The notes beneath the pieces were generated by a model. It was not told the origin of the DNA and did no database searches. It saw only the letters and a program-made list of their open reading frames with translations. From an uncultured Myxococcales bacterium (lineage in GTDB: Bacteria > Myxococcota_A > Polyangia > Palsa-1104 > JAEUJZ01): a stretch of DNA of 63,764 nt. Location of the stretch: contig CALFML010000356.1 in the NCBI GenBank assembly GCA_937879845.1, forward strand, positions 1 to 63,764, in the 5' to 3' direction. Positions 51,372 to 60,929 of the stretch are shown piece by piece (position 1 is the first letter of the stretch; each line of letters starts with the position of its first letter). The translations under genes were made by a program, and so were the position numbers.

Positions 51372-53894
51372 ATGGCGGCAAGAGCAGACGAAGAAGCGGC
51401 GTTTTCCGGCCTGGGCCGGCAAAGCCCTTTGGCTGAGTCTGCTTTTCAGGGACGAAGCGAAGACGCCCGTACCTGGCTGGCGGCGATTGTCGAGTCCTCC
51501 GAAGACGCCATCGTCAGCAAGACGCTCGACGGGACGATCCTGTCGTGGAATGCCGGCGCGGAGCGGGTCTTCGGCTATACCCAGAAAGAGGCCGTCGGCC
51601 AGCCCATCACCTTGATCATTCCGAAGGAGCTGTGGGAGGAAGAGCGGCTCATCCTATCGCGTCTGCGCCGCGGCGAGCGCATCGAGCAGTTTGAGACCGT
51701 GCGCGTGTCCAAGACCGGGCGCCGGCTGGAGATTTCCCTGACAGTCTCCCCGGTTCGCAATGGCGAGGGACAGATTATCGGCGCGGCCAAGGTGGCCCGC
51801 GACATCACGGCGCGCAAGCGCGCGGAAGCCGCCCTGCGGCAGAGCGAGGGCCGGCTGCGCTTCCTGGCTGAGCTGGCGACGGTCACCCAGTCGCTGCGCG
51901 AGCCGACCGCGGTGATGACGGCCGCCGCCCGCATGCTGGCCGAGCAGCTCCGCGTCGATCGCTGCGCCTATGCCGAGATCGAAGACGAGAGCGTCTTTAT
52001 GATCACCGGCGATCACCCCATCGGCGTCCCGAGCATCGTCGGCCGCTGGCCGGTGGCCGCCTTCGGCGCGGAGTGCGTCCGGTGCCTGCGGGAGAAGCTG
52101 CCCTACGTCGTCTGCGACGTGGACTCCGATCCGCATATCACCGCGGCCGACCGGCCGGCCTATCGCGCCACGGCCATCCAGGCGGTCATCTGCGTGCCGC
52201 TGCATAAAGACGACAAGCTCATCGCCGCTCTGGCGGTGCATAAGAGCGAGGCGCGGCAGTGGACGGAGGCGGAGGTGCAGCTGGTGCAGACCGTCGGCGA
52301 CCGCTGCTGGGAAACCCTGGAGCGGCTGCGCGTCACGCGCTCTCTGGAAGAGAGCCGGGCGAGCTACCGGCATGCGGCGCAGACCGCGGCGCAGGCCGCT
52401 TCTGCCAACGCCAAGTTCCGGGCGTTTTTCGAGCAAGGGACAAACTTCGCCGGCGTCCTTTCGCTCGACGGCACGGTCATCGAGGCGAACCGGTTCTGTC
52501 TGGAGGCCTGCGGGTTTACCCGCGAAGAGGTCATCGGCCGGCCGTTCTGGGAGTGCGGCTGGTGGAACCGGTCGGCGGCGCTCATGGCGGTGATCCGCGG
52601 CGCCAGCGCGCAGGCGGCGTCCGGCCAGCAGTTCCGGACCGAGACGCCCTATTTCATCGCCGATGGCAGCGAGCGGATCATGGATCTCATCATGGCGCCG
52701 GTGATCGATCCGGCCGGGCAGGTCCTGTTCGTTGCGGCGACCGGCAGCGATATGACGCAGCGGCGGCAGATGGAAGACTCGCTGCGCGCCTCCGATCGCA
52801 AAAAGGATGAGTTCATTGCGCTTCTGGCGCATGAGCTGCGCAATCCCCTGGCTCCCATCCGCAACGGACTCCAGGTGCTGCGGCTGGCCGGCGGCGATGT
52901 CAAAGCGGCCGATCGCGCGCTGCAGATGATGGAGCGGCAGCTGTCGCACATGGTGCGGCTCATCGATGAGCTTCTTGATATCTCGCGCATCAACCGCCGC
53001 AAGATGGAGCTGCGCCGCGCCCGCGTGACGCTCGGCGAGGTCATAAGCAGCGCCATCGAGACCGCCCGGCCGCTCATCGATGCCGAGGGCCACACCCTGA
53101 CCGTCGCGCTGCCGCCCGGAGCGATTTATCTCGATGCCGACCTGACCCGGCTCGCCCAGGTGTTCAGCAACCTTTTGACCAACAGCGCCAAGTACACAAG
53201 ACCCGGTGGCCACATCTGGCTGACCGCGGTGCCGCAGAACAGCGAAGTGGCGGTGTCGGTGCAGGATACCGGGATCGGCATTCCGGCCGAGTCGCTGGCC
53301 ACCATCTTCGATATGTTCGCGCAGCTTGATCGGTCCATCGAGCGCTCGACCGGTGGGCTCGGGATCGGGCTGGCCTTGGTCAAAGGACTGGTCGAGATGC
53401 ACGGCGGCACAGTGACGGCGCAGAGCGGCGGCGCCGGCCAGGGCAGCACGTTCACGGTCACTTTACCGGTCATTCATACGGAGGAGCCAGTGGCCGCGCC
53501 GCCCGCTGAAAACCTGCAAGCTGCGGCTTTGCCGCGCCGGCGGATCCTGGTCGTGGACGACAACCGCGATGGCGCCGAGAGCCTGGCGATGATGCTGGAG
53601 CTGCTCAATAACGACGTACAGATTGCGTACGACGGCGTGGAAGCGGTGCATCAGGCCGAGCTGTTTCGGCCGCACCTTATCCTCATGGACATCGGCATGC
53701 CGCGGCTCAACGGCTATGAGGCGACGCGCCGCATCCGCCAAGAGCCGTGGGGACGCAACATCACCATCATCGCGCTGACCGGCTGGGGCCAAGAGGTCGA
53801 TCGCGCGCGGTCGCAGGAAGCGGGGTGCAACGGCCACCTGGTCAAGCCGATGAACCGCGCCGACCTGCAGAAGCTGCTCGAACAGGACTTTTAG
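51372..53894 (+). CDS. Hybrid sensor histidine kinase (PAS-GAF-PAS-HisKA-HATPase-receiver)
   Basis: PAS region WLAAIVESSEDAIVSKTLDGTILSWN. H-box FIALLAHELRNPLAPI. N-box FSNLLTNSAKYT. G-boxes QDTGIGI and GGLGIGLALV. Receiver ILVVDDN..LILMDIGMP..IIALTG..LVKP. Confidence 0.9.
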   Translation: MAARADEEAAFSGLGRQSPLAESAFQGRSEDARTWLAAIVESSEDAIVSKTLDGTILSWNAGAERVFGYTQKEAVGQPITLIIPKELWEEERLILSRLRRGERIEQFETVRVSKTGRRLEISLTVSPVRNGEGQIIGAAKVARDITARKRAEAALRQSEGRLRFLAELATVTQSLREPTAVMTAAARMLAEQLRVDRCAYAEIEDESVFMITGDHPIGVPSIVGRWPVAAFGAECVRCLREKLPYVVCDVDSDPHITAADRPAYRATAIQAVICVPLHKDDKLIAALAVHKSEARQWTEAEVQLVQTVGDRCWETLERLRVTRSLEESRASYRHAAQTAAQAASANAKFRAFFEQGTNFAGVLSLDGTVIEANRFCLEACGFTREEVIGRPFWECGWWNRSAALMAVIRGASAQAASGQQFRTETPYFIADGSERIMDLIMAPVIDPAGQVLFVAATGSDMTQRRQMEDSLRASDRKKDEFIALLAHELRNPLAPIRNGLQVLRLAGGDVKAADRALQMMERQLSHMVRLIDELLDISRINRRKMELRRARVTLGEVISSAIETARPLIDAEGHTLTVALPPGAIYLDADLTRLAQVFSNLLTNSAKYTRPGGHIWLTAVPQNSEVAVSVQDTGIGIPAESLATIFDMFAQLDRSIERSTGGLGIGLALVKGLVEMHGGTVTAQSGGAGQGSTFTVTLPVIHTEEPVAAPPAENLQAAALPRRRILVVDDNRDGAESLAMMLELLNNDVQIAYDGVEAVHQAELFRPHLILMDIGMPRLNGYEATRRIRQEPWGRNITIIALTGWGQEVDRARSQEAGCNGHLVKPMNRADLQKLLEQDF

Positions 53895-53972
53895 GAGCCC
53901 GCGCTGTCGCCGCAAGCCGCTTCCGGAGACGCCCAGGAATCCCGTGAGACGGCTGCCGTACGCTACGCGGAG

Positions 53973-55145
53973 GTGGACATCCTCCGCGGCGCCGCCCTTT
54001 TGGGGGTGCTGCTGGTCAACCTGCTCATCGCGTTTCGCGTGCCGCTGCTCCAGCACCTGGTCGACTTTCACACCCACCCCGGCCGACTGAACCAGATCGT
54101 CGATCTGCTGCTGGGAATTTTCGTCGAAGAGAAAGCGATTACGATCTTCTCGACCCTGTTCGGGGTCAGCATGGCTATCCAGTGGGAGCGGTGCCAGGGG
54201 CGCGGCGCAAGCTATGTCCGATTGGGGGTGCGCCGGCTGCTCGCGCTTTTCGGCCTGGGGATCTTCCACCTGGTCTTTATCTGGAACGGCGACATCCTCA
54301 CCGAGTACGCCCTGGTGGGTCTTTTGATTCTGCCGACGCTCTGGCTGCCGCGGCGGGTCGTCGGCGGTCTCGCCGCCGCTTTTCTTGTTTTGCCCGTACT
54401 GCCGCTGCGCCTGCCGCTGCCGCAGCTTGATTGGGAGCGCTTGCACGACCACGTAGCGACCGCGACGCGCATCTATGCCAGCGCCCGATACGGCGAGCTC
54501 TGGGCGTTCCGCCAACATGAGACCCGCTACGTAATCATTCCGCTGCTGAGCCAGATCCTGCCGCGGACGATCGGGCTGATGCTGCTCGGTCAGTACCTTT
54601 GGCGCGCCGATATCCTGCGCCAGCCGACGCGCCATCGCCCTTTGTTGCGCTGGGTCGCGTGGCTGGGCATTCCGCTTTCAGTCCTTGTGAACCTTGGCCA
54701 GGTGGTTGCGGCCTATGCGCATCGTTCATTCGGCGCTTTCACCGGACTCCTAGATGCCTTGAGCACCCTTCCGCTTTCGCTCGGGTACGCGGCGGCGCTG
54801 CTCCTGGGGCTGCAGCGGCCGGTGCTGCGGCGGATCCTTTTGCCGCTCGAAGCCGTCGGCCGGATGGCGCTCAGCTGCTACCTTTGCCAGTCGCTGGTCT
54901 GGGGCTTTGTGTTCTATAGCTACGGGCTGGGGCTGTTTGGCCGGCTCGGCTCGGCGGTCACGGCGCCGCTCGGGCTGGCGCTGTACGCGGCGCAGCTTGG
55001 CGGCAGTCGGCTTTGGCTGCGGCGCTATCAGCTCGGTCCGGTCGAGTGGCTATGGCGCGCGGCGACGTACGGCAGATTCCCCAAGCTGCGCCGCGCCGCG
55101 CCCCCGGCGCAATTCGCCCGCCCGGATTCAGACGCTCCTCCCTAG
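53973..55145 (+). CDS. DUF418/YeiB-like polytopic membrane protein
   Basis: GTG 53973. DILRGAALLGVLLVNL is the typical family N-terminus. Multiple TM helices and C-terminal GPVEWLWR. Confidence 0.65.
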   Translation: MDILRGAALLGVLLVNLLIAFRVPLLQHLVDFHTHPGRLNQIVDLLLGIFVEEKAITIFSTLFGVSMAIQWERCQGRGASYVRLGVRRLLALFGLGIFHLVFIWNGDILTEYALVGLLILPTLWLPRRVVGGLAAAFLVLPVLPLRLPLPQLDWERLHDHVATATRIYASARYGELWAFRQHETRYVIIPLLSQILPRTIGLMLLGQYLWRADILRQPTRHRPLLRWVAWLGIPLSVLVNLGQVVAAYAHRSFGAFTGLLDALSTLPLSLGYAAALLLGLQRPVLRRILLPLEAVGRMALSCYLCQSLVWGFVFYSYGLGLFGRLGSAVTAPLGLALYAAQLGGSRLWLRRYQLGPVEWLWRAATYGRFPKLRRAAPPAQFARPDSDAPP

Positions 55146-55233
55146 CCGCTTCCGCAGTCTTTCCGGCGGCGGCCGCGGCGCGCAGATTTTCGACGGAGAC
55201 CGCAGGCGGTTTGAGAACCCTGCGGCCGCAGAC

Positions 55234-56793
55234 TCAGGCTTTGGCTTCGCCGTTGCGGCCTTCCAGGGGGATTCCCAAGCTGCGCAGGGTGGAGGCGATG
55301 GAGTCGCGAGTGGCCTCCGCGCCAAAGCCCCACAGGACCAGCGCCAGGTAGTCCACCCACAGGTCGGCGCCGAAGGTCAGGTTCTTGGCGTAGATCTCAT
55401 TGAACCCGCTGCCGGCGAGCAGGCCCAGGGCGATGGCGTAGCTGCCAAGGACAAACCAGCGCAGACGGCTGCGTGCCTCTGCCGCTTGTCCGGGGGCATG
55501 CCACTCCAGGTGGGAATCGGGAATCGGCTCCACGCCGGGGGCAGGGTGCGACTCCAAGGCCGCCGTGCGGACTCCCTTACTCTGCCCGCCGCCGCCGGCC
55601 GCGGACTGTTTCAGCTTGTCGGTAAACTCTTTGAGCGCTTGGTCGATGTCGCTGTTCAGGGCGGCGGTGTCGGCGGCTTCCGGCCGCAGGTCCTCAAGGC
55701 GCGCCCGCAGGTCGCCGCACAGCAGCGTAAAGGTGGTCTCAAGCTCCGGCACGAGCAGCGGCCGCAGGCTCTCCAGCGTCTGCAGCTTGGCATCGAGGCG
55801 CTGGTAGTCGGCAAGGCGGGCGGTGAGCCGCTGCGTCGCCTCGCGCATCGCCTGCGGCGCCGGCTCGGACGGAGCATTGGCGATAAGGTCGCTGAGCGTG
55901 CTGCGCATCCCCTGCAGGTAGCGGCTGTGTGAGGCCCGCGCCGCCAAGCTCTCTTCCAGCCGTCCGAGATAAGCAATCTGGTAAATCCACCCGAGCCGTC
56001 CGGCGATCCACTTGCGGAGCAGCGCGTCGGCCTCGTCCAGCTTGGCGCGCGCCTCCTCCCAGCGTTCGGACTGCAGGCACAGCTCGACATCGATGAGCGA
56101 AGTCAGGATGCGCGCTTTGAAGGGGTTTTGAATCAGCCGGCCGGTCGCAAGTCCCGGATGCGGCGGCTCGGTGCTGGTCGCCAAGACCGGCGTCAGCGCG
56201 TCGGCGTCGGCCTCGCTCTGGTTGCGCGGGATGCCGCTTGCCAGTGCGCGATCGCGCTGGACAAACTGGCGCAGGAGCTCCATCCGCACCACCACCTGAT
56301 CGCGCGGCCGGCCGCGCCCGCGGTAGGCCGACAGCCCCATGCTCGCGAGCACGCCGCCGATGAGCACCAACAGCGGCAGCACCGGCGAGTGCCGCACCGA
56401 AATCTTGAGCGGCAGCTTGAGCTCCCCGCCTTGATAGGTGAACGGCAGGGCGCCGCTGTACTCGCCCGCGGCGACGCCGCTCAGGTTGATGGTGAGCACG
56501 AACGTCACGGTCTTGGGCGGCGGCAGCTCGTCCGCAAGGTCGGTCGGCGCCGGCGCGGCCTTGATGAGCTGCACCGGCAGGGCGCCGCCCTGGCGCTCCG
56601 AGATGAGCTCCATCGGCTGCGCGCGCAGGCTGAGCACGTCCTCATTGAGCCGGAGCTGGATGGTGCGCGTGACCGTGTCGCCGCTCTTGGCCTGGATCGT
56701 CAGCTGCTCGGGCCGCAGCTCGATCGGCGCGGCGTACACGGGCGCGCAAAGGGCGCACAACAGCCCCAAGACCGACAGGAGACAATTTTTCAT
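55234..56793 (-). CDS. Hypothetical secreted/membrane protein
   Basis: ATG 56793, 21 nt after the GH57 stop. Signal peptide, beta-sandwich-like N-domain, TM helix, helical middle region and C-terminal TM helices. No recognisable family. Confidence 0.6.
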   Translation of the reverse strand: MKNCLLSVLGLLCALCAPVYAAPIELRPEQLTIQAKSGDTVTRTIQLRLNEDVLSLRAQPMELISERQGGALPVQLIKAAPAPTDLADELPPPKTVTFVLTINLSGVAAGEYSGALPFTYQGGELKLPLKISVRHSPVLPLLVLIGGVLASMGLSAYRGRGRPRDQVVVRMELLRQFVQRDRALASGIPRNQSEADADALTPVLATSTEPPHPGLATGRLIQNPFKARILTSLIDVELCLQSERWEEARAKLDEADALLRKWIAGRLGWIYQIAYLGRLEESLAARASHSRYLQGMRSTLSDLIANAPSEPAPQAMREATQRLTARLADYQRLDAKLQTLESLRPLLVPELETTFTLLCGDLRARLEDLRPEAADTAALNSDIDQALKEFTDKLKQSAAGGGGQSKGVRTAALESHPAPGVEPIPDSHLEWHAPGQAAEARSRLRWFVLGSYAIALGLLAGSGFNEIYAKNLTFGADLWVDYLALVLWGFGAEATRDSIASTLRSLGIPLEGRNGEAKA

Positions 56794-56814
56794 GGCGACT
56801 CGCGACGGAAAGAA

Positions 56815-58494
56815 TCAGCCAGCGTAGACCTTGTAGTCGAGGTCAGGAAAGATATTGTCGCGTGACTCGAGATCGGTCAGCCACTCGCTGTCGATGGTGT
56901 CGGACTCGATCTCGCGGGCCAGGCGGTGGAAGCGGCTGAGGTGGCTCTTGACCCGATCGGTGGCGTAGCGCACCGCCGTGCCGGTCTTCATGATGAAGGC
57001 CCAGTCGGAGGACTGCGCCAGAAGGAGCTCGCGCATGAGCTGGTTGAGCGCCCGGCGGCACAGGTCCGAAGGGCTCGGATGGGCGCGGGCCAGCTCGCAC
57101 ATCTTGGTCTCGGCGTGATGGACGTGGCGGTAGATCCAGTCGTTGCTGCTGTCGATCCACACCGCGGAGTAGCCGCCCTCGCCCCACGACGACGGGGCCG
57201 GCTCGCAGACGGCGTTTACCGGGAAGTCGGCGAGGTAGTCGGCGGCGGTGCGCAGCTGCACGACGCTGCTCGGCTGGGCGCACAGGCGCAGCACCTCGCG
57301 CAGAAACTCCGGTCCTTCAAACCACCAGTGGCCGAACAGCTCCGCATCGTAGGGCGACACGACGATCGGGTTTCGGTCCATGCGCTGGGCGAGCCACAGG
57401 AGCTGCTGCTCGCGCTTGTGGACGAAGTCGGTGGCGTGCTCGCGCGCCCGCTTGAGCGCGGCCTCCGGATCGTACAGCTCCTTATCGGCGAGATCGACGC
57501 GCGGTCCGGTCACGCGGTGGTACTTGTAGCCGGTGTGCACGCGGATGCCGTCGGGGTGGATGTACTCGGCAATCTCCGCAAGCGGCCGGTCAAAGCCGAT
57601 GTCGCGGTAGAAGTCGCGGTAGACGCCGTCGCCGGGATAGCCCTCGGAGGCCGACCACACCTGCTTGGACGACAGGAGGTCGCGGCCGAGCGCGGCGACT
57701 CCGGCGCGGGTGAAGATCGGCGCATGCAGCCCGAGCGGCGGCCGCGGCCGGGCGTAGGTCAGCCCGTGCGCATCGAGGAAGAAGTAGCGCAGATCGAGCT
57801 CGGCGAGCAGCTTATCGATGCCTTCGACGAAGCCGCACTCGGGCAGCCAGATGCCGCGCGGGAAGCGGCCGAAGCAGTCGCGGTAGTGGCGCACCGCCAC
57901 GAGTAGCTGGGCGCGCTGGGCCGCCGGCTCGTGCAGGACCGGCAGGTAGGCGTGGGTGGCGCAGCTTGTGAGGATGTCGAGGATGCCGGCGTCTTGCAGG
58001 CCGGCGTAGGCGGCGACAAGATCCCCCTGCAGGTCATCATAAAGAGCGAGCAGCTCGGTGAAGCGGGCAAGGTAGAACTCTGCCAGACGACGCAAGGCCG
58101 GCTGCGCCTGGTTGCGCCGCACCTCTTCTTCGCCCAGACGACACAGGCGGGACACGTAGTCGCGGTAGCGCTCACGTAGCAGCCCATCGCGCAGCATCGA
58201 ACACAGCGGCGGCGACAGCGACATGGTGAGCCGCACCGGGGGCCGGGGCCGCGGCGGCTTGGGAATAAGCTCGCGCGCCGCGCCGATCGGCCCGATGGCA
58301 AGGGCCGCGTCGGCCGGCGGCAAAGAGCGGTCCAGCGCCTCACGCAGCACCTGATAAAGGGGCAGGTAGGTCGCGGTAATCGCCTCGTAGAGCCAGTTCT
58401 CCTCGAGGAAATAGCGATGCTCGGGATGGCGGACAAACGGCAGGTGGGCATGCAGCACCAGCGCCAGGAGGCCGCGCTGTCTCGGCACTTCCAT
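56815..58494 (-). CDS. Glycoside hydrolase family 57 enzyme (1,4-alpha-glucan branching enzyme-like, with DUF1957-type C-terminus)
   Basis: N-terminal LVLHAHLPFVRHPE..FLEENWLYEAITATYLPL is typical of GH57. Start and stop overlap (TGATG) with the upstream gene. Confidence 0.85.
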   Translation of the reverse strand: MEVPRQRGLLALVLHAHLPFVRHPEHRYFLEENWLYEAITATYLPLYQVLREALDRSLPPADAALAIGPIGAARELIPKPPRPRPPVRLTMSLSPPLCSMLRDGLLRERYRDYVSRLCRLGEEEVRRNQAQPALRRLAEFYLARFTELLALYDDLQGDLVAAYAGLQDAGILDILTSCATHAYLPVLHEPAAQRAQLLVAVRHYRDCFGRFPRGIWLPECGFVEGIDKLLAELDLRYFFLDAHGLTYARPRPPLGLHAPIFTRAGVAALGRDLLSSKQVWSASEGYPGDGVYRDFYRDIGFDRPLAEIAEYIHPDGIRVHTGYKYHRVTGPRVDLADKELYDPEAALKRAREHATDFVHKREQQLLWLAQRMDRNPIVVSPYDAELFGHWWFEGPEFLREVLRLCAQPSSVVQLRTAADYLADFPVNAVCEPAPSSWGEGGYSAVWIDSSNDWIYRHVHHAETKMCELARAHPSPSDLCRRALNQLMRELLLAQSSDWAFIMKTGTAVRYATDRVKSHLSRFHRLAREIESDTIDSEWLTDLESRDNIFPDLDYKVYAG

Positions 58495-59483
58495 CAGCCA
58501 AGTCCCCCGGAGCCGTTGCCAAGGGGCAGCGCCTGCGGCGCCTCTGTCTCAGTCCGCAGCTGCGCCGGCTCGCTGCTCGCGATCGTCGGCTCGCTGCCCG
58601 GCGGCGTGGGCTCAGCCGGCGGAAACTGCGCCGCTTGCTCGGCTTCGTGGCTGGCGGGGCTTTGGGGATTGGCCGGACGCGCCTGTTCTTCGTGCGGCAC
58701 GGGCGGCGCGACGGCGACGATGCGCTCGCGCTTGTGGCCCTGGCTGCGCGGCGGCAGCACGTGCAGCCACTCGACCGAGGTCTGGGCGGCTGCCTGCTGC
58801 GGCGGCATGCGCACGAGCGCCGAGTGGGCGATCGGCGCGAAGTATCCTTCGACGCTCAGCAAGCCGACGGCGGCGCGCACGAGGGCTCCCGGCCGCGGCG
58901 CCTCCAGATACTTGCGGCCATGGTGGTGCGGCAGCGGCACATCGCGCAGCTCGCGCGTCTCGCGCCCGGCGTGGCCCGCCGCGGCTCCGGCCGGTGCGGT
59001 CGTAAGGGTGGTAAAAAGTCGCAGCACCAGCCGGGCCCCGGCCCCCGAAGGCCCAAGCTGCTCGCGCGCCGTGGCTTCCCCGCCGCCAGTCACTTCCCAG
59101 TAGACGAAGTACCACTGCGGGTCTTTGGTCAGGATTCCGACCTCGTCCTTGCCGTAGGTCTCGGGCAGCTCGCACAAGTCGAGCATCTGCGCCGGCTCGT
59201 GCGCGGAGCCGCCGCTGGCCGGCTTGGCGCGGCGCGGCCGCTCGCGATCGGGGCGGGGCACGGCGCCAAGCTCCTCCGGCAGCGGCTCGTGGCGCTGGTG
59301 CGGCTCGGCGGCGGCGACTTTGTGGTCGGGCTTGTGGGCCGGCTGCTGCTCGGATCGCGCGGCCGTTGGCTCTACGCCGTCGCTGTGACCGTTCTGCAGG
59401 CGGGCCTTTGCGGGCTGGCGGGCATGATCATCCGCGCCGTGGTCTTGGCTCGGCGGACCGCTGCTGCCGTGCAGGCCGCTCAC
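58494..59483 (-). CDS. DUF4912-like protein
   Basis: GTG 59483 overlaps the ribF stop (GTGA). LPETYGKDEVGILTKDPQWYFVYWEV matches the DUF4912 signature commonly found next to GH57 genes. Long disordered N- and C-terminal regions. Confidence 0.6.
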   Translation of the reverse strand: MSGLHGSSGPPSQDHGADDHARQPAKARLQNGHSDGVEPTAARSEQQPAHKPDHKVAAAEPHQRHEPLPEELGAVPRPDRERPRRAKPASGGSAHEPAQMLDLCELPETYGKDEVGILTKDPQWYFVYWEVTGGGEATAREQLGPSGAGARLVLRLFTTLTTAPAGAAAGHAGRETRELRDVPLPHHHGRKYLEAPRPGALVRAAVGLLSVEGYFAPIAHSALVRMPPQQAAAQTSVEWLHVLPPRSQGHKRERIVAVAPPVPHEEQARPANPQSPASHEAEQAAQFPPAEPTPPGSEPTIASSEPAQLRTETEAPQALPLGNGSGGLG

Positions 59484-60667
59484 TTTTGCACCCCCAAGCG
59501 GCTCTTGACCACGGCGATGTCCTTACCAATCTGGTCTACTAGCGCCGCGACGGACGGGAATTTCTGCTCGGCGCGCACCCGCGAGACGAAGCGTAGGCGC
59601 AGGGTCTGCCCATATAAGGAAGGGAGCGGCGGCTCATCTGGGCGGGTGATCAAGTGCGCCTCGATAGTGATCGGCGACGCTGACGATACCGGCAACACGG
59701 GCGAGACGGATGGATCTGGGTGGGGCACCGGGGAGTCTCCGCGACTACTTGTGAATGTTGGATTATATCCGACATTCACAGCGGCGGGACAACACAGACG
59801 TATCCGACGGAGATCGGCAATAAACGGGACCGCTCCGGCCATTTGGCCCGGTTCGAGCGCGGGCAGTTGCTGGGCGTTTGGACCTTTGATGCCGGTCACC
59901 GGGGTTTCGGCTTCAAGCAGCTCGGCCCAGGCGGCATAGACCCCTACGGCGGGCAGCGCTTCGCTTGTGCAGCGCAGGTTGGCCGTCGGCACCCCGATCG
60001 AGCGGCCGCGGCCGGCGCCGTGCACGACCTCGCCTTCGAGCTCCGGGTCATGGCCAAGGAGCAGCGCTGCCCGCTCCGGCTGTCCGGCCTTGAGCGCCTG
60101 CCGCACCAGCGTCGAGGAACACAGGAGCGCCTCGTCGCTGCTCGGCTCGGGTACGGTGACCGGCGGCACCACGCTGACCGCCGCCCCGCCGCGCCCGAGG
60201 AACTCGCCCAGCACCTGGGTGTTGCCGCTGCGGCCGCGGCCGAAGGTGAAGTCGTAGCCGACCACCACCGCGCTGGCCCCGAGGCCCGCCCCGTCCGCAT
60301 CGAGCAGAATCTGCGCGACGAACTCCTCCGGCGTGAGCTGGCTGAACCGGCGGTCGAAGGGTTCCTCGATCAGGGCATCGACCCCTTGCTGCGCCAAGAG
60401 CTCCCGCTTTCGCTCCACGGATGAGATGAGCGGCGGCGCCAGGTGCGGCGCCAGCACCCGCGCCGGGTGCGGCGAAAACGTCAGCACGAGCAGCGATCCC
60501 CGCCCCCCGCCTGTCCCCGCCGCCGACTCGAGCAGCTCATGCGCCCGCCGCAGGAGCGCCTTGTGGCCGCGATGCACCCCGTCGAAGTTGCCGATGACGA
60601 CCACCCGCGGCGGCGGGAGCTGCGCCTTGGCGAGCGACATCAGGCGGTGGCTGGACAGGACGAGCAT
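59480..60667 (-). CDS. ribF: Bifunctional riboflavin kinase / FAD synthetase, with two insertions in the kinase domain
   Basis: VVVIGNFDGVHRGHKALL, LTFSPHP, GYDFTFG, GRSIGVPTANL, VNVGYNPTF and LYGQTLRLRF..VRAEQKF. At 395 aa it is longer than the canonical ~310 aa. Confidence 0.9.
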   Translation of the reverse strand: MLVLSSHRLMSLAKAQLPPPRVVVIGNFDGVHRGHKALLRRAHELLESAAGTGGGRGSLLVLTFSPHPARVLAPHLAPPLISSVERKRELLAQQGVDALIEEPFDRRFSQLTPEEFVAQILLDADGAGLGASAVVVGYDFTFGRGRSGNTQVLGEFLGRGGAAVSVVPPVTVPEPSSDEALLCSSTLVRQALKAGQPERAALLLGHDPELEGEVVHGAGRGRSIGVPTANLRCTSEALPAVGVYAAWAELLEAETPVTGIKGPNAQQLPALEPGQMAGAVPFIADLRRIRLCCPAAVNVGYNPTFTSSRGDSPVPHPDPSVSPVLPVSSASPITIEAHLITRPDEPPLPSLYGQTLRLRFVSRVRAEQKFPSVAALVDQIGKDIAVVKSRLGVQK

Positions 60668-60929
60668 TGGGCTTTCTCAGAGGGGGGAACCTTGGGCGCA
60701 CCTATAACGCGCGACCCGGATTTCGTCAATCCCCGCGACCCGGCAAGTACCGACGACGACTTGCTTTCTTGGCGCGGGTCACGAAGTCGAATAAAGGAGG
60801 CCTCATGGTATGCAAAAATAATAGGGAGCCGCCACCCGGTTTCCCAGGTTTCTTAAGCAGCGAAGCGATGCGATGCCGGTGGTTGGTCGTTGTTCCTGGT
60901 CGCTCGCTCATAGTAAGTTCCTGCCGCCG

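Noticed and set aside
59751-59779. 29-nt near-palindrome gtgaatgtTggatTATatccGacattcac.
   Set aside because: It lies inside the ribF reading frame, across the conserved NVGYNPTF codons. No independent evidence supports a regulatory or mobile-element role, so it is only mentioned under the ribF finding.
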